The notes beneath the pieces are model-generated. The model was not told the origin of the DNA and did no database searches. It saw only the letters and a program-made list of their open reading frames with translations. A stretch of DNA of 64,000 nt from Octopus vulgaris (lineage: Eukaryota), in NCBI GenBank assembly GCA_951406725.2, contig OX597815.1, positions 204,042,001 to 204,106,000 on the forward strand. Reading direction: 5' to 3'. Position 1 is the stretch's first letter; every line of letters starts with the position of its first letter. Below are positions 1 through 12,271 of the stretch, in pieces. The position numbers and the translations under genes are program-made.

Positions 1-136
1 CTACTCTGTACCCTTGTCACTTTAGTGACGTTTATGTATATGTGTGTGTGTGTGTGTGCGTGTGTGTTTGAGTTTGTGTGTGTATTCCTTTAAATTCCTT
101 CGGAGTAAGTCGTTTCTATATTTCTAATTATGTGTA

Positions 137-155
137 GAGAGATGGAGAGAGAGAC

Positions 156-192
<37 letters not shown>

Positions 193-208
193 TAGGTAGA
201 CAGACATT

Positions 209-300
<92 letters not shown>
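137..300. repeat. Compound (GA)n/(GACA)n/(GATA)n microsatellite
   Basis: Directly visible; source of the YLSI-repeat ORF. Confidence 0.95.
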
Positions 301-302
<2 letters not shown>

Positions 303-639
303 TAATTGATGAGAGAAACGGATAAATTGACTTGGCAGGATTCTTTATTCAACGCGACGATCGTTTCGATCCATTCTACGGGTAGGATTTTGTGGATGAT
401 ATCAGGGAGCCCAGATGATGAATGTACTTTAATCGGCATATTAATAGACATATATTCAAAGTCCAAATAGTTATTTATGTATATGTGTGTGAGCCTGTCT
501 GTCTGTCCGTGAGTGCGTGCATATGTATGTATGCATGTATGTACGTATGCATGCATGCAAGTATGTATATATGAATGGCTGTATACATACACACACACAC
601 ACACACACACACACTGACATGTATAGTGTAAACACATAA

Positions 640-1150
640 TCTATATATATAAAACTGTAGTTTGTGAGTGTCTGTCTCCTTCGATTTAGATTCCTAACTA
701 CTCCCACATTTTGCGGTGCAGTTTAACCAAATTCGGGTATCTTATAGTCGTGATTCATATCGAGCCCGTCTAAGTATTAGCGCGCGTCTACAATGAGTCT
801 ACGATTTTAAAAATAATTTAACATCATTTTTTATTCCATTTTAATACATAATTTTTCGTGTGTCGATGGCGGCGGAGTTGGCGTCCATGGTCACACCTGC
901 ACCTGTTTGCTTCTCCCCCTTCTTCCCTCCCTCGTGAAGCTGCGGGGAAGGGAGTGTAAGGAAATCAACGTCGTAAAGCGTTGTCAAGGAGACCAGCGTT
1001 CTTTTAGAACAACGACTTCATGGCTTGAAGACACCAAAACAGAAATGGCTAAGAAATCCCGAATTGGCATCTATAAGGGAAGTAACTCTCTAAAAATGCT
1101 TATATAGTTATTTCCTTACAAACCCGAGCAACGCCGGGCGATACTGCTAG
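640..1150 (+). mobile_element. Non-autonomous Helitron-like element (511 bp)
   Basis: Starts a|TCTATATATATAAAA, ends with hairpin CCCGAGCAACGCCGGG then CTAG|t; inserted between A and T without TSD; related copies at 13574, 57429, 63854. Confidence 0.85.
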
Positions 1151-1169
1151 TATTAAATAAAAGTGAATA

Positions 1170-1346
1170 GGCGCAGGAGTGGCTGTGTGGTAAGTAGCTA
1201 GCTAACCAACCACATGATTCCGGGTTCAGTCCACTGCGTGGCATCTTGGGCAAGTGTCTTCTGCTATAGCCCCGGGCCGACCAATGCCTTGTGAGTCGAT
1301 TTGGTAGACAGAAACTGAAAGAAGGAAAGAACCTGTCGTATATATG

Positions 1347-1383
<37 letters not shown>

Positions 1384-1597
1384 GTGTTTGTGTGTCTGTG
1401 TTTGTCCCCTAGCATTGCTTGACAACCGATGCTGGTGTATTTACCTCCCCGTCACTTAGCGGTTCGGCAAAAGAGACCGATAGAAAAAGTACTGGGCTTA
1501 CAAAGAATAAGTCCCGGGGTCGATTTGCTCGACTAAAGGCGGTGCTCCAGCATGGCCGCAGTCAAATGACTGAAACAAGTAAAAGAGTAAAGAGAGT
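1170..1597 (+). mobile_element. SINE family A (tRNA-like head, internal TA/TG microsatellite, CR1-like tail)
   Basis: Head GGCGCAGGAGTGGCTGTGTGGTAAG...GGTTCAGTCC (A/B-box-like); tail GGCGGTGCTCCAGCATGGCCGCAG...(AAAAGAGT)n; more than 10 copies in window. Confidence 0.85.
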
Positions 1598-2048
1598 ATT
1601 CGATGTTTAAATAACGTATAGTAAAAACGTAATCAGTAATGCTTTAAAACTAGGGTTAAGAATACTTTAATTTTATGTCAAGTAATGGAAATATGAAATA
1701 CGTTATGCCTTTAATTGCAATCGATGAAACTGAAAAAAATACATTATTCGAGTACGGCAAAGAGCCTTACGACTGGTGCCGGAAGTGATTTGTTAAATTC
1801 ATTTATAAATCATGGCGATTTGCAAACGTCATATTAAATATGAATGTGTTTCATCAAATGATAATGAGTGCATTGCATTCCATAAAAATTTGAGATCTAA
1901 AGGTTTGCCAATGTATTTTTATTAAGTATCGCTTTATATATCAACATTTTTGAACCGTTAACATTTTCAATTCCCGATGTGCAATTTCGGACTTCGTAGA
2001 ATTCTAATTTAAATTTGAAATTACACATTTAACACACTCTATTTAACC

Positions 2049-2297
2049 ATACTGGTGGATGCAGATGTCTTTAAAATGAAACTGGATCTCTTCTTGTCCG
2101 GTATCCCTGATGAACCAACTTCACGGCAGGAGGTGCAGATGAGGGCAGCTGCATCGAACTCTCTCATGCACCAAATGACAGTTGCTAAAAAGCATTCGTG
2201 AAGTAAAATCATGTAGCAACACCAAATGGCGGTGCCCCAGCATGGCCACAGCTCGTGAGCTGAAACTAAAATCAATCAATCAATCAATCAATCAATA
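2049..2297 (+). mobile_element. 3' end of CR1-like LINE
   Basis: Translates ...DADVFKMKLDLFLSGIPDEPTSRQEVQMRAAASNSLMHQ, resembling the C-terminus of invertebrate CR1-group ORF2; short 3' UTR ending (AATC)n. Confidence 0.7.
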
Positions 2298-2912
2298 CCA
2301 GATTTAAGCAAATTGTTTTGTAACCATGCGTCTTAAATAATTAACCACTTGCCAGGCCAAAGCATCTTCATAAATTCCTCCTACATGCTCATGCTTCTTT
2401 TCAGATTTTAGTTAACGCTTGTCTCATATATTCTGTGTCTTATAAAGCTTTTCTTTCATATGTCCCAAGTTATACTAATGGTTTCAGAATGGAAATATGT
2501 ATCGTAAATGATACATGGACACCGGCAGAAATATGCCGTATACATCACAGCTGATACACAGGACAAGCGATGTGTTTGCAACGAATGGTCACTAGCATAA
2601 CTTGAGTTAGACGTTTCATACTAAACAGAACACAAATTAAATGTTGATCATACCAACTGAGACACCTGACAGCTCCAGAACTGTTTATGCTAAACCCCAA
2701 AAAGACACGTTAGGGCTAATTTTACACATTACTATAATTCTACAATAAAGGAATATTTGTCCATATGTGAGTATTTATGTTTATAGTCCCCCCCCCCTTT
2801 TAGTTCCATTTTCTTATATGAATTCTATAAAGTGGTAGGATCGTTGGAATGCCGGACAAAATGCTTAGCGGCATTTCTTCTGGTTTTACTGCGGAGGTGA
2901 GCTGTCGGACAC

Positions 2913-3328
2913 GATGGTGAGCTGGCAGAAACGTTAGCACGCCAGGCGAAATGCACAGCAGTATTTCGTCTGCCGTAACGTTCTGAGTTCAAATTCCACC
3001 GAGGTCGACTTTGCCTTTCCTCCTTTCGGGGTCGATTAAATAAGTACCAGTTGCGCACTGGGGTCGATATAATCGACTTAATCTGTTTGTCTGTCCTTGT
3101 TTGTCCTCTCTGTGTTTAGCCCCTTGAGGGTAGTAAAGAAATAGGTATTTCGTCTGCCGTAACGTTCTGAGTTCAAATTCCGCCGAGGTCAACCTTGCCT
3201 TTCATCCTTTCGGGGTCGATTAAATAAGTACCAGTTACGCACTGGGGTCGATATAATCGACTTAATCCGTTTGTCTGTCCTTGTTTGTTCTCACTGTATT
3301 TAGCCCCTTGAGGGTAGTAAAGAAATAG
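2913..3328 (+). mobile_element. SINE family B, one full plus one partial tandem unit, nested in an older copy
   Basis: GAGCTGGCAGAAACGTTAGC...GAGTTCAAATTCC(B box)...GTCGACTTTGCCTTTCATCCTTTCGGGGTCGA; body repeated twice. Confidence 0.85.
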
Positions 3329-3702
3329 GCATTTCTTCCGGTCTTACTGCTGAGGTCGACTTTGCCTTTCATTCTTTCTTAAAATAAGTATTTGTCGAAG
3401 TAATAGACTAGCCCTCTGCCAAAAAATTTCACGCCTTGTGCCTTTAATAGAAAAAGTAGTGTATTTTACTGGTTTTACTCCCCATGTTTTTTTCTTTTTT
3501 TATTAAATCGACTTTTAACCTTCTGAGCTGTGAATTACTCCAATATTTATTCTCTTTCCCATACCACCATCCTTTCACACCCATACTTTTGCGGTTTTAT
3601 GAGCATTATTTTTACAAGTGGTCTTTATTAAGATTTTGAATGTTCGCCAGATGAATCCACGACATGTCATAATTTTGGACAGTTTCTTTAATATCCTTTG
3701 AA

Positions 3703-3705
<3 letters not shown>

Positions 3706-3760
<55 letters not shown>

Positions 3761-3772
3761 TCACACAGACAT

Positions 3773-3804
<32 letters not shown>

Positions 3805-3871
3805 GTAGTTACATTTATTTACACACAAAAACATACATATACATTCATCTATTTACAAACACACATACATA

Positions 3872-3928
<57 letters not shown>

Positions 3929-4001
3929 GTATATTTATATATACATATATATATAATATACATGTATATACACACTTATATGTATGTGTGTGTGTGAATG
4001 T

Positions 4002-4087
<86 letters not shown>

Positions 4088-4088
4088 T
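3706..4088. repeat. (CA)n, (TA)n and (TG)n microsatellite cluster
   Basis: Directly visible. Confidence 0.95.
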
Positions 4089-4719
4089 TCTGAGTACGTG
4101 CGTATGTGTATGTGCGTATATATAATGGCTTTGCGAATGAAGATTTGTGATGGATGCTGTCCATGATGACTGCAAGCATGCTACTGATTAAAGAGGGCAA
4201 GACGGAAATTGTGGGGAAGCTTGTCGTATGCATATGTGTGTGTGTGTGAATGTATTCAAGTATCTGTTCGCTAAATAATTAATATTAGATTATTCATATC
4301 AATATTATATGAATCAAAGTATGGTTTTTGATAAAGTAACCATGATTTTATTCTTATTCATGTTCTCAGAAATTAATTATATTCTATATTTATGAAATTA
4401 ATAATATTCTATATTTATGAGATGGTAATTCTAAACACTCCTACCATATCGCGCAAATAATGAGTTAGAAAACTGAAAGACAGAAGAACAAATGATACCC
4501 ATGAAGGTCTTCCCAACTGTATCTATTGAGAGGTCACTTGTACTTTAGAAATTAAGTAGCGGTTGATCAGGGTAAAAACTGAATTATACACAGGTAGAAT
4601 CTCTTTCGAAGTAACTCAAACATCAGCATCCACAGCCTGGGTACCAGTCTCTCTGAGCAGCACCTTGGGAAAGTAATTTCTAATATAGCCAGGGACCAAC
4701 CAAAGTGAATCTGATATAT

Positions 4720-4948
4720 ATTTCTTTACTACCCGCAAGGTGCTAAACACAGAAGGGACAAACAAGGACAGACAAAGGGGTTAAGTCGATTGCATCGAGC
4801 CCAGTGCGTAACTGGTACTTAATTTATCGACCCCGAAAGGATGAAAGGCAAAGTCGACCTCGGCGGAATTTTAACTCGGAACGTAACGACAGACGAAATA
4901 CGGCTACGCATTTCGCCCGGCGTGCTAACGTTTCTGCCAGCTCGCCGC
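4720..4948 (-). mobile_element. SINE family B
   Basis: Reverse complement of 53299-53530 type sequence. Confidence 0.85.
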
Positions 4949-5460
4949 CATATATACGTGCGTGTGCGTGTGTGTGCGTGCGTGTGTATGCATGTGTGTG
5001 TGTGTATATGCAGGTGTGTGCGTGTGTGTTTCTTTGTGTTGGATTTGTTTCCAACTACACCTTGGCAACCGGTGTTGATCTATGTCTCCGTAACGTAGAT
5101 TTTCATCAAAAGCAACCGATACAATAACACCCAGGCTTTCCAAAAATTAGCTCTGAAGTCAATTTTTCCCACTAAACACTTCTTGATGGTACCTAAGCGT
5201 GGCTGCAGTCCAATTAATGAAACAAGTAAAATCGTTTAAATTTCAGATCTCTTGGTTAAGTAAATTCTTGGTCATTAAGATTAACAGGAAATGAGTCAAT
5301 GGTTGTTGCGCTTTTCAACAAAAGATCGGAATTAGTGAATTAATGCAAACACTTCTGTAGATATTTGTTGATGAATATCCAGATATCATCAGCCAGGAAT
5401 TGTTTATTAAACGCATCATTTTTTTTTTTGTATTGCATATTTTAAAATATGGTCATATAA

Positions 5461-5820
5461 CTCTTTTACTCTTTTACTTGTTTCAGTCATTTGACTGCGG
5501 CCATGCTAGAGCACCACCTTTTAGTACTTATTCTATCGGTCTCTTTTTGCCGAACCGCTAAGTGACGGGGACGTAAACACACCAGCATCGGTTGTCAAGC
5601 AATGCTAGGGGGACAAACACATACACACACACACACATATATATATATACATATATACGACAGGCTTCTTTCAGTTTCCGTCTACCAAATCCACTCACAA
5701 GGCATTGGTCGGCCCGGGGCTATAGCAGAAGACACTTGCCCAAGATGCCACGCAGTGGGACTGAACCCGCAACCGTGTGGTTGGTTAGCAAGCTACTTAC
5801 CACACAGCCACTCCTGCGCC
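5461..5820 (-). mobile_element. SINE family A with internal deletion
   Basis: Reverse complement of 1170-1597, lacking ~45 bp near tail. Confidence 0.85.
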
Positions 5821-6310
5821 TATATAGTGATAGGAAAGAAAAAAGAACATTTCATTACTCATTAATGATAGCCGCATTACTTCCTTCCTTATATGTGACA
5901 CATATGATACCGAAGACATGAATTTATCATGTATTTCTGCATGACAATTGAACAGATCTTATTCTAAAATTTGCTACAAATAAGAACTCGATGACTAAAC
6001 TTTTTTCAGTGTGTACACAACTGTTTTTCCTTATATTTTTTTTACACTACTTTCCTACTTAATCGTATAAATAATCGGCAACAGCAAACATAGAGCTATC
6101 GTTCAAGGGGGTTTACTTTTAATAAACTGCATGTATAGTGTTGAATACTGATTTATACGTTTATAATCTCAAATGTTCGCCAGCTTTTACTTACATATTT
6201 GTGCATCGCTTTCTCTCCAACTCAATTTCTTGCCCTCTCCCCTCTCTCTGCCATGATAGATCGGTAGCCACTACACACATTTTTTTTCTCTCCTTGTTTT
6301 TCTCCTTGTT

Positions 6311-6348
6311 TCTTTCTGTAGAAGAGCGTAGGCTCGAAACGTAAAAGA
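6311..6348 (+). ncRNA. Minimal type I hammerhead-like motif (A6 replaced by U)
   Basis: tcttt CTGTAGA a gagc-gtag-gctc GAAA cg TA aaaga: stems I and II pair, palindromic ACGT stem III. Copy at 19453-19490. Confidence 0.6.
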
Positions 6349-6410
6349 CTTTTTCAGTTCCCGAGCGTTATACTAATACATCTGTTTATTTTCTACACCA
6401 CCTGTCTTCG

Positions 6411-6439
<29 letters not shown>

Positions 6440-6441
<2 letters not shown>

Positions 6442-6654
6442 GTGACCTTTCAACATGTGACCTCGTGAGCACCGCCAGCAATTCTTTTTCCTCTGTCTTC
6501 CCTTCTCGGGATCTTTCCTTCTCCTTTGTTTCCGACGAAGAGCTCCGCTCGAAACGTTAAACCCTCCTTCCCTTCTTTCCTGAGCGTCCAATAATACTTT
6601 ATTTGTTCCACGTCCTCGCGTTGCTGCGTTCTTTTTGTGTTTTCTTGTTTAGAT

Positions 6655-6660
<6 letters not shown>
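6440..6660 (+). mobile_element. Penelope-like (PLE) terminal-repeat fragment flanked by (TA)n
   Basis: Same ~200 bp sequence at 19582-19800, 30692-30906, 45019-45192, each abutting (TA)n; carries an HHR-like motif. Confidence 0.65.
6528..6562 (+). ncRNA. Minimal type I hammerhead-like motif (C4 variant)
   Basis: gttt CCGACGA a gagc-tcc-gctc GAAA cg TT aaac; identical at 19670-19704, 30778-30812, 45059-45093. Confidence 0.65.
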
Positions 6661-6697
<37 letters not shown>

Positions 6698-6899
6698 TAT
6701 ATATATATATATAAAAGCAAGTATAAGTTATATATATGCTCACACGCAACGCATAGAGAGGGAGAAAGAAAAAGTGATAAAGTTTGTATGCGTGTGTGTA
6801 AACAGAGATAGCAAAAGAGACATACGTGCGACAAATTTATACATATAATAATGTAGAGACAGAAAGAGAAAAGGAAAGACTGTAAAAGGAGTCATACTT

Positions 6900-6949
<50 letters not shown>

Positions 6950-7739
6950 CAGAGAAACAGAGAAACAGAGAGAGTGAGAAACAGACAGACAGAAAGAGAG
7001 AGAGAGAGAGAGAGGGAATGTGCGATGAAAGCCTAAAGCTCCTTTGAATTTTTTTGGCATGAGTAAGAATTCAATTTAGTGCGAATACAATTTCTGTTGG
7101 TCAATGACGTAAAAGCTGGTCGTTTGGCGTCAGTGGCGGTCAAATGACATATTACATTTCGCAAGCTTAATGATGTAAATTATTAATTGCCTATCGAGGA
7201 AGTGTAACTTTTGTAATAGACTGTAATTACATGACGTTTATCATTATTCGTTCATCTGTATATTAATACAGAGTGTAGAGGTCGGCGATGGCCACTGGAA
7301 ATTGAAAATAATGTTTCCATCCGGTTTGAAGACTTTCAGAAAGAAAGTACTTTTCTTCAAATAAATTGAAGTTCCCGGCAATGTAAATGTTGTCTTAATT
7401 TTTTGCTGTGATATTAGTGGTTGTTTTTCTTTGTTGTTGTTTCTCTTGTTTAGCCCGAGGACAGGCTTGATATAACAGGTTTTATGTAGCGCTAAGATTT
7501 CATAATCCTATATGCATTTGCTTTGCTTTTCTCCTCTGACGCTAATGGGTTATTTGAGGGTGATATGGCTACAAATTCTGTTAGGTCAACGACCGCATGA
7601 AATGTTTTCTTTTATTTACATTTGTTTGTCAGAGAATGGAACATATCAATGCTGACATTATGTAGCAGGGAAATAACAGAAGTAACTTTCTCAATCTTTC
7701 CCAACAATGATGACATTATGTAACAATAACAATGATAAT

Positions 7740-7955
7740 GATGGTTTCAAATTTTAGCACAAGGACAGCAGGTTTTGGGAAAGGGCTAAGTTGATTACAT
7801 CGACACCAGCGTTCAACTGCTACTTATTTTATCGACCCTGAAATGATGAAAAACAAAGTCGACCTTGGCGGAAGTTGGACTCGGAATGTAGAGACGAACG
7901 AAATACTGTTGAGCCTTTTGTCTTACGGGTTAGCGATTTTGGTACCTTGTCGCCC
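7740..7955 (-). mobile_element. Old SINE family B-related copy
   Basis: Degenerate match (TTTATCGACCCTGAAATGATGAAAAACAAAGTCGACC). Confidence 0.7.
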
Positions 7956-9456
7956 TTATGAGCAATGCAGAAGCTATGGAGCATTTTTCGCTCCATAGCT
8001 ACGTTAATAGTCTGTAAGCCAGTGATTCGGTAGTCGAAAGACAGGAAATTTTCTTTTGTCATTCTCCTTTTTTTTGTTTTGTTTTCGCGTTGTATATACG
8101 TTTGACTTGGTTTACACCTTTTCCTCTGTTAGGTTAACTTAGTTTAAATTCTCTTTCTACTTATGGTATAATTGCCTCGCAACTGCGGGATTATACTTAA
8201 CGTTGTAGGAACAATCGATCCTCGTACTGAAGACTTGGATGATTCTCTGGATCTCGCTGAAATCCGAGAATGGTGATCTCGACGTTGCTACTATAGAATT
8301 AAACCACAGAAACTGTTGTAATTGTCAGTTATTCTGTTGTATTATTTCTTACTTACTGTCACTGCTTCTTAGGGTAGGAAGGGGTGGTATTCGGCCACTG
8401 GTTTCCAAAACCTGGCATGATATAAACTTTCCCTATAATCTCCAGAAATGTGGCCGATCATGCTCTGGGGATTGGTATTCTGCCATACCATCCCTTGTTT
8501 TATTCTCTATATCTATAAGGCAAACGGTCCACTTTCTACAACAATTATAATGTCAGTCTCACATCGTTTGCATGAGGCGCTAAGGTGACGACAACGCAAG
8601 TGTCACATCTCATTCCATTTTGCCCGGCATGCTAACGATTCCTGGCAGAATCGTTAGCAGACAAAGTAAAATGCTTCGTGACACTCCACTCGTCCTCATG
8701 CTTTGAGTTCAAATTCCACTTTTCAGATTTTCTGGGTCGATAAAAAAAAGTACCAGTTGAGCACTGGAGTCGGTGGAATCGTGTTATCCCTTCATCCGAA
8801 ATCGTTGGCACTGTGCCAAAGCTTGAAACTAATATTTCTAATCATTAACCGCGTATTTCTGAGCATTTTCTTGCCTTATTCTCAGTTTTAAATACCAGGT
8901 GTAATTTTCTGCAAGCCCAAACCCGTCGATGGAATTCACAACCTGCTATACATTCGCCAAGATTTCTTCCAACAATTTAGTCGGGTGCACATGCAAAGTC
9001 CCTATCCTGGATTAATTTTGGGGGCAAAGGCATACAATCTTTTGTGACATATTTCGTTTAATTCTTCTTTTTCTTAAACTGATTCAATTTGAACCACACC
9101 TTCTGATCGACAACGGCTTCAAAAAATGGGATGCAATTGTTGGCTGTGTTGTCCTTACACTTAGCACTACTATTTTTTGCATTCGAACTAATGTCTGAAA
9201 CAATTAGTGAGGCACTGTGTCTTCCATATATCGCTGTAATTATTTAAGCTTAAAATTCTTTCAGGAGTGGTTTTATTGTCATTGTTTACGCTTTAATATT
9301 CCGTATTTCCGTTTGAAAATCACTCAGGGCGTATTTCTTTGTCATTACCAGTCACCATTTTGATTGATGACCAACTTTTTACTCGACTTTTGGACCTCTT
9401 TTAATCCCGAATAACAAACCGCCTGGCTATTTGCCAAAAATACCTAAACTTATGAC

Positions 9457-9517
<61 letters not shown>

Positions 9518-9534
9518 TCATGATGATGATCTTT

Positions 9535-9982
9535 TTCTATTATAGGCACAAGGCCTGAAATTCGGGGGAGGGGGACAGTCGACCAGATCGACCCCCAGTG
9601 CTTCACTAGTACTTAATTTATCGACCCCGATAGGAAGGAAGGCAAAGTCAACCTCGACGGAATTTGAACTCAAAACGTAAAGACGGACGAAATGCCACTA
9701 AGCATTTTGCCCGGTGTGCTAACGATTCTGCCAGCTCGCCACCTTAAAAATATTAATTATTATTATTAATATTATTATTTCAAATTTTTGCTACAAGGGC
9801 AGCTTGGTGGAAGTCAGGATTAGTCGATTACATTGACCCCAGTGTTCAACTGGTACTTAATTTATCGACCTCGAAAGGAGGCAAAGTTGAGCTCGGCGGA
9901 ATTTGAACTCAGAACGTAACGGCAGACGAAATACTGCTAAGCATTTCGCCCGGCTTGTTAACGATTCTGCCTGTTCACCGTC
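9535..9982 (-). mobile_element. Two adjacent SINE family B-related copies
   Basis: 9535-9743 and 9778-9982 each contain the TTTATCGACC...GGAATTTGAACTC core. Confidence 0.8.
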
Positions 9983-10005
9983 TTAATAATAATAATTGAA
10001 AAAAC

Positions 10006-10466
10006 GCGAATGCAAAAGATGCCATGACAATGTGGCATGAAAGGTCCCTCTGTGGAAATCATGGCCTACAAAGGGCAATGGCGTAGTGTCAGCAAAGCCC
10101 GGAAGGAATCAACGAAAATGAAAATTGCAAAATCCTGAGTGATACAATGATCCATTGCGATCATCTGACCAGATATAGGAAACCAAACATTATTGTGGTG
10201 AATAAAAAAGAAAGATCATGTATGATAATCGACATAGCATGCTCCGGGTGACAACAGGATCAATGTGAAAGAAGAAGAAAAATACAATTATGACGATTTA
10301 CAGGGGGAAATATGAAGGTTGTGATCAATGAAGAGAGTAGACGTGATACCAGTAGTAATTGGTGCATTTGGAAGTATCAGAACTGAACTGCCAACATGGT
10401 TGAAAAAGATCGTTGCATGTGTGATGGTAGAACATCTATAAAAATCAGTATTGCTTGTTACTGCAA
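10006..10466 (+). pseudogene. Decayed restriction-like endonuclease domain of an R4/Dong-like non-LTR retrotransposon
   Basis: Pieces read ENENCKIL, RKPNIIVVNKKERSCMIIDIAC, VDVIPVVIGAFGS, EHL*KSVLL: PD-(D/E)xK RLE C-terminus with stops and frameshifts. Copy at ~23243-23752. Confidence 0.8.
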
Positions 10467-10844
10467 TAAAATGATGGTAGTATGTTCATACACCGTCTCT
10501 AGATTTTACCGCTAAGATCTTAATGATGAAATTAACCTCTCTGTCTACATATCTACCCTCTTTGTAATGTTGGAAAATGTATAAGAATGTGCATTTTCAG
10601 TTTAACTGAAAAATTCTATATGTGGCTGAAGATTGCTCAACATTTTAATACTGATGTAATACGGTGTTTAATAAAATGAAGTAGCATGAAACAATTGTAC
10701 TACTCTACCTTGGATATCTTTGTTGCTTATTTTGATTATAATCACCCCCACATTTAATTTATATGGATAATGTCATACGAAATTCTAGTGCCTTTAACTT
10801 AAGTACCATATTCATCTGAATGTAAATTTTGATGAACTTATATA

Positions 10845-10985
10845 TACATACATACATACATACATACATACATACATACATACATACATACATACATACA
10901 TACATACATACATACATACGTACGTACATACATACATACATACATACATACATACATACATACATACATACATACATACATACAT
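10845..10985. repeat. (TACA)n microsatellite
   Basis: Directly visible. Confidence 0.95.
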
Positions 10986-11270
10986 GCATACATGCATATA
11001 AAATCAAAATAAGTAACAAGACATCAAGTGGTGATGCTTATGTTGAATTTATTCACCTTACTTCGCATTGTGCGGATAATACCGGACTGACTTGGTGCTT
11101 CAACTTAAGTACCTAATTCAACTGAATAGCAATTATTTATGTGTGTGTGTGAGAGAGCGTGTGTGTGTATGTGTATGTATATATGCATGTGTGTGTATGT
11201 GTGTATATATATATTCTGGAAAATGCAAAAATGCGTAATTATTGAATTAACTGTACAACTGTAATATATA

Positions 11271-11694
11271 CTCTTTTACACTTTTACTTGTTTCAGTCAT
11301 TTGACTGCAGCCATGCTAGAGCACCGCCTTTAGTCGAGCAAATCGACCCCGGGACTTATTCTTTGTAAGCCCAGTACTTATTCTATCGGTTTTTTTTTGC
11401 CGAACCGCTAAGTGACGGGGACGTAAACACACCAGCATCGGTTGTCAAGCAATGCTAGGGGGACAAACACAGACACACAAACACACACACATACACACAC
11501 ATATATATATATATACATATATACATATATACGACAGGCCTCTTTCAGTTTCCGTCTACCGAATCCACTCACAAGGCACTGGTCGGCCCGGGGCTATAGC
11601 GGAAGACACTTGCCCAAGATGCCACGCAGTGAGACTGAACCCGGAACCATGTGGTTGGTTAGCAAGCTACTTACCACACAGCCACTCCTGCGCC
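11271..11694 (-). mobile_element. SINE family A, full length
   Basis: Reverse complement of 1170-1597. Confidence 0.88.
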
Positions 11695-11884
11695 TATATG
11701 TATATACATTTTGCATATATGTCTCTTCATGCCTCTACAATATTTCGTTTAGCCGCGGCCGGCGTCGCGCGTGTTAGCTGATGCTGTTTTACGATAAGGA
11801 AACAAATATCTCAAAAAACATTTCAGCCTTAACTCCCTTGGGATGAATAACTAAAAAATCAGATATGTTTCCACCAGTTCCACT

Positions 11885-12271
11885 GGGAAGCACTCCGTCG
11901 GTTACGACGATGAGGGTTCCGGTTGATCCGAATCAGCGGAACAGCCTGCTCGTGAAATTAACGTGTAAGTGGCTGAGCACTCCACAGACACGTGCTCCCT
12001 TAACGTAGTTCTCGGGGATATTCAGCGTGACACAGAGAGTGACAAAGCCGGCCCCTTGAAATACAGGTACAACAGAAACAGGAAGTAAGAGTGAGAGAAA
12101 GTTGTGGTGAAAGAGTACAGCAGGGATCACCACCATCCTCTGCCGGAGCTTCGTGGAGCTGTTCAGGTGTTTTCGCTCAATAAACACTCACAACGCCCGG
12201 TCTGGGAATCGAAACCGCGATCCTATGACCGGGAGTCCGCTGCCCTAACCACTGGGCCATTGCGCCTCCAC
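11885..12271 (-). mobile_element. SINE family C (tRNA-derived head)
   Basis: Minus strand GTGGAGGCGCAATGGCCCAGTGGTTAGG (A box)...GTTTCGATTCC (B box); flanked by ACCAGT(T/C)CCACT direct repeat at 11873-11884 and 12273-12284. Confidence 0.85.

Noticed and set aside
2108-2130. CTGATGA as a hammerhead core
   Set aside because: It encodes PDE in the CR1-like ORF; no stem II, GAAA or stem I.
5592-5921. Recurrent ORFs such as MSSNARG... and MRNWYL... that look like a gene family
   Set aside because: Chance frames within SINE families A and B, with variable frameshifts.
8357-8535. Minus-strand exon candidate with GTAAGT donor
   Set aside because: All three frames contain stops; no recognisable product.
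8618-8660. Short hairpin GCTAACGATTC...GAATCGTTAGC
   Set aside because: Head-to-head junction of two SINE B-related fragments.
9058-9196. Minus-strand KVWFK homeobox-like peptide after a good acceptor
   Set aside because: Lacks WFxN and the rest of the homeodomain; short and unsupported.
12190-12271. tRNA gene-like sequence (also 61325-61404, 63546-63610)
   Set aside because: A/B boxes present but continuous with SINE bodies; no clean cloverleaf.
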